A DNA stretch of 64,000 nucleotides, taken from the NCBI GenBank assembly GCA_024137785.1, contig JAHRHZ010000025.1:32220024-32284023 (forward strand). Reading direction: 5' to 3'. The notes below the pieces were generated by a model. That model was not told the origin of the DNA. It worked only from the letters and a program-made list of their open reading frames with translations, and made no database searches. Numbering within the stretch: position 1 is the first letter of the stretch; each line of letters starts with the position of its first letter. This document shows positions 25,209 to 37,311 of this stretch, in pieces. The stretch comes from Ginglymostoma cirratum (taxonomy: Eukaryota). Made by a program: the position numbers and the translations under genes.

Positions 25209-27129
25209 TTTATCTCATTTTAATACATCTTCCACATTAAAATTGAGAATAACCGGAGATAGCTATCTATGATCTGAATCCTGTGGATGCATTATTTATT
25301 TTAACCAGCAGTCCAGTGAGCAATGTCCAGACTGAATGCGTTAAAACATCAGTCAATTTCCTGCCTTAGAGGAAAGGGCAAACAAATGGATCCAATACCA
25401 TGTGGTTCAGTTTTGTACAAGATCACGTTAAGGAAATCATGACACATCCCATTGTTAATGCTGTCAACGAGGTTTAAATAGATTTCAGCAATAAGGATGA
25501 CTAACAAAGGCTAAGTAAGCCTATTAGAAAAAAAGGTCAGTGTGGCTTTTACTTTTCACATTCGTGGGACAGAGACAGAAGTCATTTGAGTTCAGGTTAG
25601 ATTCGATTGCAACTGTTGCCATGTCTATTCAATAGCTACCATAAATAAATCAGCTGATCCAGAGGGTAAATAAAGCACACAATAAATAACCAGTAATACT
25701 TGGAAATGAACGTACTGCAGCTCCGTTTTGAAACGTACATGATTATTCACCAGTCTTAGTATTTTTTTCTTCTTCTGGAGATTGATTTGAGTTGCACCAG
25801 AAATCATCTCACATTTAGTGGAGCAGTTACGGTTGTGAAAAACATGAGATTCAATTCAGATCACAAGAAATAATAAATATACTTATGCTTCGACCGTGAC
25901 TAAACATGAGCCGTGTGGTTGCATTCTTCAGTCGAAACTGTTTGTTTAGAGTGACCAGCATTGCTGAACCCAAGACCAATTCAAACTTGTCACAGGCACT
26001 TGTGGTGTTTATTTTTGTACTATGACCACACTCAGCATTGCAGGACAACTTTTGAAAAGCTCCATTTGGGATTCAATTATTATTCAGCTATGGATTTAAT
26101 TTTTGTCCTGCAAGATAAACCTGTTCCTTTTCAAAATAAAAACAAAGATTGGCAACAATATAACCTAAAGCATCAGTTTCTGTCACTGCAGCCAAAACAT
26201 ATTTGTAACAGCACCTGCTGAGCGAAACGAAATATTGTGGAATTTTATGCAATATTATTGCAGGTTATAATAAATCAAGTCAACCACCCAATTCCAAGGC
26301 TGCCAAAAATTAATTTGTCTGTTTTTAAATATGCTTGACATTAACCAAATATTCTTGGCTTCAATACAAACATGCAGTTTCACCTGAAAATGTGAATGCA
26401 TACTAGTACGTAGATCTTGACCTAGAAGTAAGAGGGAGAAAATTATTGCTCAACTCTTTAAAAAAAAGTTACGTCAATACATAAAGATTAACCATTTTAA
26501 CAGAAAAGGAAGGGAGAAATAAAAATGCATTATCTAACTAAGAGATTGCTCAAAAGAAGGAATCCTTAAGCCTAAAAGGGATCTATTAAAATGGTAAATG
26601 AAAGGAGTCCACCTTAGAGAATTGCAAGGTAAATGAACTATGAAGAAAATAGGGAAAAAGTTCCTGTTAGCATTAGCACTGGGAATGTTTGGGTAATTGA
26701 ATGAAGATTCTCTCTACAAAATACAATTTTCATCCTATTACAGGGCGCTCGTTCTACATAATGGGTCTCTGTGGAGAATATTATTACTTTGGGCACCGCA
26801 TGGATTTCTACAGTATCGGCATTGGAAGGAAAATGCAAACAGAAAGAAAAGCTTCCAGGAGTCAAAAATTCGAACTTCAGTTTGGCTGGATCATACTGTG
26901 CATAGACACAGCAATTAATGTGGTATTGAAAGATGAACAGGCATTTATTATAGCTCATAAATATATATATAAATATCACATTTGCTGGCACATCCATGTA
27001 TGGGCTAACATTTAGCCATTTTGTTGCAAAGTGCATGACGCTTCTATCAACTTGTCATGCTTCAAGAGGCCAGATTTGACAGGGAATCAGAGGCCTTGAA
27101 AGACTCACGATGTGGAGCTGCCTGTGTTG

Positions 27130-27708
27130 GACTGGGATGGAAAAGGTCAGAAATCGCACGACACCAGGTTATAGCCCAACAGGTTTATTTGAAAACACGG
27201 AGTCTCACTCCTTCTTCAGGTGTTAGTGACAGAGGTAGTATCAGACCACAGAATTTATAAGTAAAATATCAAAGGTTCACACCATTGATTAGGATGTTCT
27301 AAACAAACCTAAGACGCTGTTAAATCTTTAATCAGCTCGAAGGTTTTAACAGATTAATATGTATATGTAAATCCCCAAATTCCTTTGAAGTCACTGTCCT
27401 GGGAGAGCGAAATGTTTTATCAGCATAAAGAAGGGGTGACATTTTAGGTCAGACAATGCATGTTAGGTGTGAGACCATGTTTAGAATCTGTTTGTTGTTT
27501 TGGTTTGGAGTCAGACTGGTTTTATTTCTAAAGTAGGAATTTATAAAACACTACATCGATTAACTGTCTATAAATTGTGTGCTTTTTGAACAGAATAGAG
27601 TGTATCTGCAAATACAAATTCACCCCATAGATTTACATGTGGCGGACATGTGTGTGTGCGTGTGTGTGTGGGTGTGGGTGTGTGTCTTTGTGTGTATGCG
27701 TGTGCGTG
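27130..27708 (-). mobile_element. Penelope-like element terminal region (second family) with internal (TG)n
   Basis: Minus strand AATAAACCTGTTGGGCTATAACCTGGTGTCGTG preceded by a decayed hammerhead CTGAAGA-A-GGAGTGAGACTCC-G (27198-27219). Confidence 0.7.
27648..27708. repeat. Imperfect (TG)n microsatellite abutting the assembly gap
   Basis: Direct reading; followed by N run 27709-27849. Confidence 0.95.
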
Positions 27709-27849
27709 NNNNNNNNNNNNNNNNNNNNNNNNNNNNNNNNNNNNNNNNNNNNNNNNNNNNNNNNNNNNNNNNNNNNNNNNNNNNNNNNNNNNNNNNNNNN
27801 NNNNNNNNNNNNNNNNNNNNNNNNNNNNNNNNNNNNNNNNNNNNNNNNN
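27709..27849. other. Assembly gap
   Basis: Run of N. Confidence 1.
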
Positions 27850-28050
27850 GATGAATGAATGGACACTGCACAACAATCGGCAGACAGGGATGTTCCCTTC
27901 CAGTGGAGGAACACTTCAGCGGTCAGGAACTTTCGGCCTTGGATCTTTGGGTAAACGTCCTCCAATTTGGACTTCAATAACACAACAGCGCAGAGTCGTT
28001 GAGCAGACGTTAATAGCCAGGTTCGGTACCCATGAGATGGCCTCAAATGG
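27850..28050 (+). pseudogene. Penelope-like GIY-YIG endonuclease C-terminal relic
   Basis: Reads MNGHCTTIGRQGCSLPVEEHFSG..SALDLWVNVLQ, then (frameshift) QQRRVVEQTLIARFGTHE, typical of the PLE ORF end. Confidence 0.75.
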
Positions 28051-28757
28051 GATCTTGAATTTGTATTTTCAGATACACTTTATATTGTTCAAAAATCACG
28101 CAAAAGTCTCAAGTCACATTCTATTATACAGTGCTATCACGAGTATGAGATCTGAACTTGCCCTAGCAGATTAACCATGAGACATAATGTGACAATTATT
28201 AAACATATGTATTTGATATCTTGATTATTATTAGTTTATTCTGGTTCCTGTGTAGACCAGATTTTTCTTAACTTGTTGTCACTCCAGATTCTTCAAATTT
28301 ATCACATTCCATTGTATGCTTCATAATTTTTCTGTCAAAATGACATAAGCATGTAGCACTTTGAAGAAATGGATACTTGTCTGCAGCTTAGAGTGAAGCA
28401 AGGCGAAAATGGAGAGAACATAAACAATTCCTGGGTAAATATTCCTGTAGGAATTAAAAGCCTTACATTCGATTCTTCTAAGTCTAATCTTCACATGAAT
28501 TATCGCTTTTAAATATAAATGCTACATTTGTGAAAAACACCTCAGTAACATTAGCTGAATTAGCCCCGATAACTTCCCTTTCATCTTTTATTAAATGAAT
28601 GCTCAGTTCAAGAAATGCGACATGTATGGTTCAAGTAAAGTCCATCTAAATGTAAGTATGCATAAGTTGTATCTGTCTTTACCCATGTTTCTTAATTGTT
28701 ATTTTCATTTGGCAATTTTGTATTGACAGCCTTAGAACTTTAACCAAGAGGCAGAAG

Positions 28758-29088
28758 TCATATAATCCCCACAGTGTGGAAACAGGCCACTCAGCCCAAC
28801 AACCGCACACTGACCCTCTGAAAAGCATCCTACCCAGACACAACCCTACCCCACCCTATCCCTGCCCCTCCCGTCCATCCAACCTACACATCCCTGGACA
28901 CTATGGGCAATCCACATAGCCTGCACATCTTTGGACTGTGGGAAGAAACTGGAGCACCCGGAGGGAACCCTCACAGACACGGGGAGAACGTGCAAACTCC
29001 ACACAGACAGTCACCCGAGGTTGGAATTGAACCCGCGCCCCTGGTGCTGTGAGACAGCGGTGCTAACCACTGAGCCACCGTGTCATCC
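28758..29088 (-). mobile_element. HE1-like V-SINE
   Basis: GGACTGTGGGAAGAAACTGGAGCACCCGGAGG...GGGGAGAACGTGCAAACTCCACACAGACAG, plus tRNA-like head CTAACCACTGAGCCACC. Confidence 0.9.
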
Positions 29089-30269
29089 AAGTCATGGTTA
29101 TTGGTGCCTGCAGAGTGCCAGTTGTGGTCGATCTGGTCCTGAAACTGACAGGTGGCTATCCGTATGCATGCTTCTGCCATGTACCTTGAAGCTGGAGTAA
29201 ACTTCTGCAGGGATATTGGAATTCCTTTCAGAGAACACTATGGCCACAGTGCCATGTACAATAATAGCTATGTCTATGGATTGTGCTTCTTCCACAGACT
29301 CAAATTTTCACGATTGTCCCTTTGAGGAGTCCATATACTTTTTGTTCTCTTGGGCATTGGGTTTTTGTTTTGGACTCTGAAAGTTTGCACCATTTGACTG
29401 GACTGTTACTGCTCTGAGTCCGCTGTATCTCTAATTTATCCTTAACTCAGACCAAGTCTCTCTCATTCTCATTGTCTTTTTTTCCCCTTATGCAGCAATA
29501 TATATCATACTGCAGGTTTCTATTATATACAGTGTTTCTCTCAAGTCTACCTTACATGTTTCTCTCCCTCTTCTGCTGTGATCTGTTCATTTCTGATAGC
29601 AGAGTATTAACTTCAATAATATCGATGCCATTGATACATTAATTTCCAGTTGTACTTCAGGCATGTGAGACAACAGCATCATTAGCAGTCTCCTAGCTGT
29701 GTCCCTCCAAATGGACATTGTCTCATAAAAATCAGATGTCCATGTGTGACTCAGTCCCTGAATAGAAAAGACCTAATTAAGATCCCATATTTGTTGAAAT
29801 TGCCTGATTTCCAAGCCTCTACAGCAACATTATGAGAATTTATTAGTCAGATGCTACAGCTCAGCTTAGAATTATCATGAGCAAGGACTTTTCTGCAGAT
29901 AGTTATATATACAGTGGACCACAATTCCAGTAAATCTCACTGTCAACCTAACTTAAATGCTTTGGCTACAAGAACAGTTCAGAGACCAATATGAATGTGC
30001 ATACAAATCTTTAATGGAAATACAACATGATGATGAAGTAGTCAAAAATGTTTACAAATTCAGAATATACATTGTACAAATAGCATCAATTGTACAGTAC
30101 AAAAGCAGATTCTGAATTTTTGACCATGAAAAGCAAAAGTGAAGTACTGAATGGTGGTAATCTGAATAAAAGAAATAAATTTGAACATAACCAGACTGAA
30201 AGCTTCCATAATGAGAAAGTTAGCATATCTGGTCAATGTTTAGCCATTAGAACTGAGAAAAGATTAGAT

Positions 30270-31100
30270 ATTGCCTAACCTGCTGAGTGCTGGCCTCAGT
30301 AAAAGTGTTACTTTCAATTTTGGGCACTGTGCTTTAGGAAGGATGTCAGAGTCTTAGGATCCCTACAGGGTGGAAGCAGGCCTTTAAGCACATTGAGTCC
30401 ACAATGACACACTGAAGAGCAACCCCATGCAGACCCACACTCTTACCCTATCCCTGCACTTCCCATGAATAGTCCACCTACACTGCACATCCCTGGACTC
30501 TTTAGCTTGGCCATTCCACCTAATCTGCATGTCTTTGAACTGGGAGGAAACTCACACAGACATGTGGAATACATGTAAACTCCACACAGATGGTTACCCA
30601 AGGCTGGAATTGAACCCAAGCCCTTGGTACTGTGAGGTAGCAGTGCTAACCACTGAGCCACTGAGCCACCATGCCACACTTGGAGAGGGTGTGGGAGAAA
30701 TTTACAGGAATGATTCCAGGGATGAGGGAATTTCTGTTAGATGGAATGAAGAGAGAAGTTAATTTGTTCTCAAGGGAAAACAAAACGAAGATTTAATAAA
30801 AGTTTAAAGTTCTTGAAGGGTTACGCAAGGAGAAATCAATTTGACTGGCAGGTGGATCAGTCATCGAACTACAGACCAAAGGCAATTGGCAAAAGAACCA
30901 ATTGCAAATGGGAAGAATTTCCAAAACAAGTCCTGGAATCCAAAATATGTTGGATGAAAGGATAATGGAAGTAGATTCAGTATTAAGTTTCAAAAGACAA
31001 TTGGATAAGTATTTAATAGGAAAATGATAGGAAAATGGATCAATTAGATAGATCTTTCAGATACAATGAGTTGTATGGCCTCCTGTATCATTCTACACCT
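30270..31100 (+). mobile_element. Degraded CR1 3' fragment interrupted by an HE1-like SINE
   Basis: TTTTGGGCACTGTGCTTTAGGAAGGATGTC before the SINE continues as TTGGAGAGGGTG..GAAATTTACAGGAATGATTCCAGG after it. Confidence 0.65.
30357..30678 (-). mobile_element. HE1-like V-SINE
   Basis: V-core AAACTCCACACAGA, head GTGCTAACCACTGAGCCAC (with a short duplication) and tail CCCTACAGGGTGGAAGCAGGCC. Confidence 0.85.
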
Positions 31101-33853
31101 ATAACCATAACAGTTCAGTCTCTAGGTAGGGGACCAGGCATACAATGAAAGATGTATTTCAAGATCCCTTGAGAGTCCTGACATGTGGACCTCTATGGTT
31201 ATTGTCCAAGAAAATGCAACTTCTGATAATTGAATAGCCTGCTCCCCAGGACCATCTGTGAAAGCCTGCAAACACAAGTGACAGTCAGAGACACAGGACA
31301 GATCCTTCTTACTGACCTGAATAGCTGCCCAGAAAATGTTAGATAAACTAAAACCTGGTGTAACATCAGGCTAATTTCACAATTGATCCCACTTCAATTA
31401 CCTCACCAAACTATCTCAGCTTCCTAACCACAACCAACACTCCCACCACAACTAGCCCAACACTCAGTCCCTTTAGCCACAAACTCCTTCTCCATCTACC
31501 CTATTGGCTATCCTCCTAAACAACAACCTACTCCTCAAACCAGACCTGCTTACCCACTCTTCTACCTCAAAGTCTTCCTTGCCTATTCAAAACATTCAGA
31601 TTGGACCTTTAAAAATATCCTACAGCAGCCAATGCTGCAAAAAGGAAACAAATCTTGTCTGACGATCCCCTTTACATATGTTCGCTTGGATTTCTGTTCA
31701 GAATATGTTCTTCAGAATGCTATAGCAGACTCTTGTAAATGCAACCAGATAAGTATGCCGTCTTTTTCACTAAGCAGTATCAGAAACAAAAGGAGTGAAT
31801 GTCACCAGATTGTGGCTAAGTTTCCACTTCAAAAAGTTTCTTGGAGGATTTCTCTCCATGATCTCTCGTGAGATATCTGACACAACCGTCCACTGCACAC
31901 CCCATTGTGTATGTGTCACACTCACATGGTGCTGTGTTTCCCTTACCATGTAATCTCCAGCAGCAGGAGTGCTCACTGGCACCAGGACTGTCATGGATTT
32001 GCAAGGCCAACACTATACGTAAAGTCAGTTACACGCCAGGTTAAAATGCTGCCGACCATCAAAGTGCGAGTAGTGGGAGGAAAACTAAAAGGAAAACATT
32101 GTGAGGGCATATAGGCAGCACAGGTGGCACTCTAATGGAAATAGAAGCACCAGATTGTTGATTTACATCATCAGCTCTCTGCTCGACAGTCATTGTAACG
32201 GCAGCTACAAGAATGAAGCCATAGAGGTTACCCATCCTCTCACAGATCACATCTGCCTGTTCAGACTTTCATGTTGGAAATTGTCACTGTCTAGTTTCTG
32301 ACTACTGTCTGATGAAATAGTAAAGTACATATACGTAAGGAAAGAGTAGGTAATAATGAGACATTAATGTATGCAAATTGGTCTCTCACTACTCCCTGGT
32401 GAGATTCTCATCTCGGCACTAAAATTGTGGATTGTTTGTTGTGAATCTCATGTTTCTGATCTCATGATAATTTCCCAACTCACTCATCATTACACATGTC
32501 ATTCAAGGCTGCAAAGATTCCACTCAATGATTCTGGCATATGTCAGAAGATTTGGGCCACTGTGTGCAATAAAAATGAATTGTTTTCGGAAAACACAGCT
32601 TTTGTTATTTCATGTGTTAAGTGTTGATAATCTGCAATTGTTCCGAACATAGATTCCTGTATTTGATATTTTGTTCAAAGACCGTTTATTAAATGACAAT
32701 GTGTTGCAGTTCAACTTTTAAGGGACAAATATAACTAAGTCCTCAAAAGTTCCAATCTTCCAAGCATTTAGAGTATAAAACTACTTCATAATTTAATGTA
32801 TGGAAGAAGCCAGTTTAGAACATAGAACATGGAACTGTACAGCACAATACACGCCGTCCAGTCCATGATGTTGTGCCAAACTTTTACCCTAAACCTAAGG
32901 TCTATCTAACCTCCACCCCTCCTAATGCTATCATCCATATGCCTATCTAATAGCCACTTAAATGCCCCTAATGAGGCCGACTCCACTACCCTCTCCGGCA
33001 ATGCATTCCATGCCCCTACCACTCTCTGAGTAAAGAACCTACCTCTGACGTCTCCCTTATATCTACCTCCACTCACTTTAAAACTATGCCCCTTTGTAAT
33101 AGATACCTCGGCCCTAGGAAAAAGTCTCTGGCTATCCACTCTATCTATACCTCTGATCATTTTGTACACCTCTATCAAGTCACCTCTCATCCTTCGTCAT
33201 TCTAAAGAGAAAAGCCCTAGCTTTCTCAACCTTTCCTCATAAGAGCTTCCCTCCATTCCAGGCAACATCCTGGTAAATCTCCTCTGCACCTTTTTCAATG
33301 CTTTCACATCTTTCCTGTAATGAGGCGACCAGAACTGGACACAATGCTCCTGATGTGGCCGAACCAGGCTTTTGGAGAGCTGGAGCATAACTTCTCGGCT
33401 CTTGAACTCAATCCCTCTATTAATGAAACCTAATACACCATACACATTCTTAACAACTCTATCCACCTGGGTGGCAGCTTTCAGGGAACTGTGGACATGA
33501 ACCTCAAGATCCCTCTGCTCCTCCACGCTGCCAAGAATCTTTCCATTAACCCTGTATTCTGCTTTCAAATTTGTCCTTCAAATGAATCACCTCACACTTT
33601 TCAGGGTTAAACTCCATCTGCCACTTCTCAGCCCAGCTCTGCATCCTATCAATGTTCCTTTGTAACCTAGAACAACCCTCCGCTCTATCCACAACTTGAC
33701 CCACCATCATATCATCTGCAAACTTATTAATCCACCCTTCCACTCCTACATCCAGAGATAAAAGGTACTGCAGATGCTGGAGAATCTGAGATAACAAGCA
33801 TGGGGCTGGATGAACACAGCAGGTCAAGTAGCATCATAGGAGCAGGAAAACTT

Positions 33854-33881
33854 GACGTTTCGGGCCTAAACCCTTCATCAG
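33854..33881 (-). ncRNA. Minimal hammerhead ribozyme motif (core intact)
   Basis: Minus strand CTGATGA-A-GGG-TTTAGG-CCC-GAAA-CGTC. Confidence 0.65.
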
Positions 33882-34093
33882 AAATGGGTGAGGGGAAGAG
33901 GGTTCTGAAATAAATAGGGAGAGAGGGGGAGGCGGATAGAGGATGGATAGAGGAGAGGATAGGTGGAGAGGAGGCAGACAAGTCGAAGAGGCGGGGATGG
34001 AGCATCATCCCGCCCCCTTGACCTGTCCGTCCTCCCTGGACTGACCTATCTCCTCCCTACCCCCCTACCTACACTCACCTTTACTGGCTCCAT

Positions 34094-34494
34094 NNNNNNN
34101 NNNNNNNNNNNNNNNNNNNNNNNNNNNNNNNNNNNNNNNNNNNNNNNNNNNNNNNNNNNNNNNNNNNNNNNNNNNNNNNNNNNNNNNNNNNNNNNNNNNN
34201 NNNNNNNNNNNNNNNNNNNNNNNNNNNNNNNNNNNNNNNNNNNNNNNNNNNNNNNNNNNNNNNNNNNNNNNNNNNNNNNNNNNNNNNNNNNNNNNNNNNN
34301 NNNNNNNNNNNNNNNNNNNNNNNNNNNNNNNNNNNNNNNNNNNNNNNNNNNNNNNNNNNNNNNNNNNNNNNNNNNNNNNNNNNNNNNNNNNNNNNNNNNN
34401 NNNNNNNNNNNNNNNNNNNNNNNNNNNNNNNNNNNNNNNNNNNNNNNNNNNNNNNNNNNNNNNNNNNNNNNNNNNNNNNNNNNNNNNNNNNNNA
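34094..34494. other. Assembly gap
   Basis: Run of N (~400). Confidence 1.
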
Positions 34495-34643
34495 CCCCCC
34501 TACCTACACTCACCTCTACTGGCTCCATCCCCGCCTCTTCGACTTGTCTGCCTCCTCTCCACCTATCCTCTCCTCTATCCATCCTCTATCCACCTCTCCC
34601 TCTCTCCCTATTTATTTCAGAACCCTCTTCCCCTCCCCCATTT

Positions 34644-34671
34644 CTGATGAAGGGTTTAGGCCCGAAACGTC
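34644..34671 (+). ncRNA. Minimal hammerhead ribozyme motif (core intact)
   Basis: CTGATGA-A-GGG-TTTAGG-CCC-GAAA-CGTC, identical to the inverted copy at 33854-33881. Confidence 0.65.
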
Positions 34672-35774
34672 AAGTTTTCCTGCTCCTATGACACTCCTAC
34701 ATCCAAATCATGTACAAAAATCACAAATAGAAGAGGACCCAGAACAGATCCTTGTGGTACACCACTCATAACTGAGCACCATGTTGAATATTTTCCGTCC
34801 ACTACCACCCTTTGTCTTCTAAGGTTCAGCCAATTCTGAATCCAATCTGCTACATTTCCCCCTATCCCATGCCTCCTTTCTTTCTGCATAATCCTACCAT
34901 GGGGAACCTTATCAAACGCCTTACTTAAATCCATGTTTACCACATCCACTGCTCTACCTTCATCCACGTGTTTGGTCATCTTTTCAAAGATTTCAATAAG
35001 GCTTGTGAGGCATGTTATCCCTATTCCCTTTTTTGAACAAGGGAGTGACATTTGCCTCTCTCCAATCTTCTGGCACTATACCCGTGGACAATGAGGATGA
35101 AAAGATCATCACCAAAGGCCCTGCAATCTCTCCCCTCGCTTCCCATAGAATCCTTGGACAAATCCCATCAGGCCAGGGAGACTTATCTATCTTCAAGTTC
35201 CTCAAAATTCCTCATACATCCTCCCTACTAACATCCACCTCCTCTAGCCTATCAGCCTGTTTCACACTGTCCTCCCCTACAACTAGGTCCCTCTCAGTTG
35301 TGAATACTGAAGGAAAGTATTCTTCAAGGATCTCTCCTATATCTTTAGGCTCCATACACAAATTCCCTTTACAATCCTTGATCGGCCCTACCCTTTCTCT
35401 GGTCTTTCTCCTATTCCTCATGTACGTGTAAAAAGCCTTGGGGTTTTCCTTGATCCTATCTGCCAAGATTTTCTCATGCCCTCTTATAGCTCTCCTAAGC
35501 CCTTTCTCCAGCTCCTTCCTGGTTAACATGGACCCTTCTGGAGCCTTTTCCGATCCTTGTTTCCTGAACCTTATATGAGCCTCCTTCTTCCTCTTAACCA
35601 GTCGTTCAGCCTCTCTTGAGAACCAAAGCTCCCTCACTCCATCACATCTTCCCTGCCTGCTAGGGACAAACATACCAAGCACACACAGTATGCATTCCTT
35701 AAACAATCTCCACATTTCTACCGTGCTCCTCCCTGACAGCATCTGTTCCCATTTTATGTTACCCAGTTCTTGCC

Positions 35775-36536
35775 TAACAGAATTAACAATCTCTCCCTAT
35801 TTCTTACCTCATTATCACATGGCACTGGTAGTAATCCAAAGATAATTACCCTGTTTGTCCTGGACTTCAGCTTCCACACTAACTCCCTGTATTTGTCTTT
35901 CACATTCTCAGTCCTTTTTCTACCAATGTCATTGGTACCGATGTGTACCATGACTGCTGGTTGCTCACCCTCCCCCTTAAAGATCTTGAAGACACGATCC
36001 AAGACGTCATGGACCCTGGCACCCGAGAGGCAACATACCATCCATTCGTCTCGTTCGCATTCACAGAACCGCCTGATGTGCCTCTAACTATTGAATCCCC
36101 CACTACAATTGCTCTCCTATTCTCCCCCTTCCCTTCTGAGCCACAGAGCCAGACCCTGTACCAGAGACCCAGTCCCTGTGGCTTACCCCAGTAGGTCCCT
36201 GCCCCCCACTGACCACAACAGTATCCAAAACAGTATACTAATTGTTGAGTGGAACGACCACAGGGGATTCCTGCACTGACTGTTTCCTTCCCTTCCCTTT
36301 CCTTACTGTCACCTAACTGCCTTCATTCTTAGGGGTAACTATGTCCTTGAAGCTCATTTCTATCACCACCTCAGCCTCCCGAATGATCCTGTAGTCACCC
36401 AGCTCCAGCTCCAGTTCCCTAACGCAGTCTTTGAGGAGCTGGAGTTGGGTGCACTTCCCACAGGTGAAGTCAGCAGAGTCACTGCTACCTCCCACATCCT
36501 GCAGGAGGAACATTGCACTGCCCTGACTGCCATCCC
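35775..36536 (-). pseudogene. CR1 ORF1 relic (Cys-rich/leucine-zipper region plus SGNH-type esterase)
   Basis: CxxC...CxxC motif, ELELEL heptads, GDS block I and GTND block III, spread over several frames. Confidence 0.85.
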
Positions 36537-36954
36537 CTCTAAATTTAAACTTGCCCGAAAGATTTGTAATGTCAATGAGTACATCTCTGATGAAATGAAG
36601 AAGACATAGAAATTTGGTGATACTTTCTAGTCCCTGTCACAGTGAGAAGAATGGTGCAGTTGAGCTTTCTCAGGCAAGAGACAAAAGATAAATCAAGGTC
36701 TTCAATCAGTGATTAAATCCTCTCCAATTATCTGGCAGGTTGAGTATGTCCTGAACAATAGGCAAGATGCCTATTGTTGTACATTGACCTGGAAGGGTTA
36801 ATACTGAGGAATGTCATAAGTACCACCCACTACAATGATCTTATGTGGACAGAATAGTTCAGTTCTCAAAGGAGTGAGACTCTAAGATCTGGTCCTCAAA
36901 GTCACTATAGCAATGTCTACCACATCAATGTAGCCCACAACTAGTTGCTAACAT

Positions 36955-37311
36955 GAATCATAGAATACCTACAGTATGAAAGCAGGCTGTCAGCCTATTG
37001 AGTCCATACCTATCTCTGAAAAGCATCCCACCCTGACCCATCCCCCTACCCTATCCTGTAACCTTGCACTACCCGTGGCTAATTCACTTAGCCTGCATGT
37101 CCCTGGATACTGAGGGCAATTTAGCATGGCTAATCCACCCAACCTGCACATCTTAGGACTGTGGGAAGAAACCAGAGCACCCAGAGGAAACCCACACAGA
37201 CACAGGGAGAATGTGTAAACAGAATGTAGACAATCATCCAAGGGTGGAATCAAACCTGGGTCCCTGGTGCAGTGAGGTAGCCGTGCTAACCACGGAGCCA
37301 CCATACCACCC
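36955..37311 (-). mobile_element. HE1-like V-SINE
   Basis: GGACTGTGGGAAGAAACCAGAGCACCCAGAGGAAACCCACACAGACACAGGGAGAATG, head GTGCTAACCACGGAGCCACC and tail GAATCATAGAAT. Confidence 0.9.

Larger units (their letters stand above)
33755..34691. mobile_element. Young Penelope-like insertion (inverted pLTRs) within the CR1 RT region
   Basis: Perfect 14-bp TSD CACTCCTACATCCA (33741-33754 and 34692-34705); left and right arms are near-identical reverse complements. Confidence 0.9.
32817..36555 (-). mobile_element. Near-full-length CR1 LINE (ORF1 plus partial ORF2), disrupted
   Basis: ORF1: AVQCSSCRMWEV..FTCGKCTQLQLL..VRELELEL, then GDSIVRG and VMVHIGTNDIGRK. ORF2: [66 protein letters not shown] and FFTQRVVGAWN. 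Tail (GTTCTAT)-like at 32817-32840. Confidence 0.97.

Noticed and set aside
27568-28174. Cluster of ORFs in all frames
   Set aside because: Artefact of the (TG)n repeat plus gap; only the GIY-YIG relic after the gap is meaningful.
33963-34691. Longest listed ORFs (242 and 178 aa)
   Set aside because: Mostly N-gap translated as X, inside a Penelope-like pLTR.
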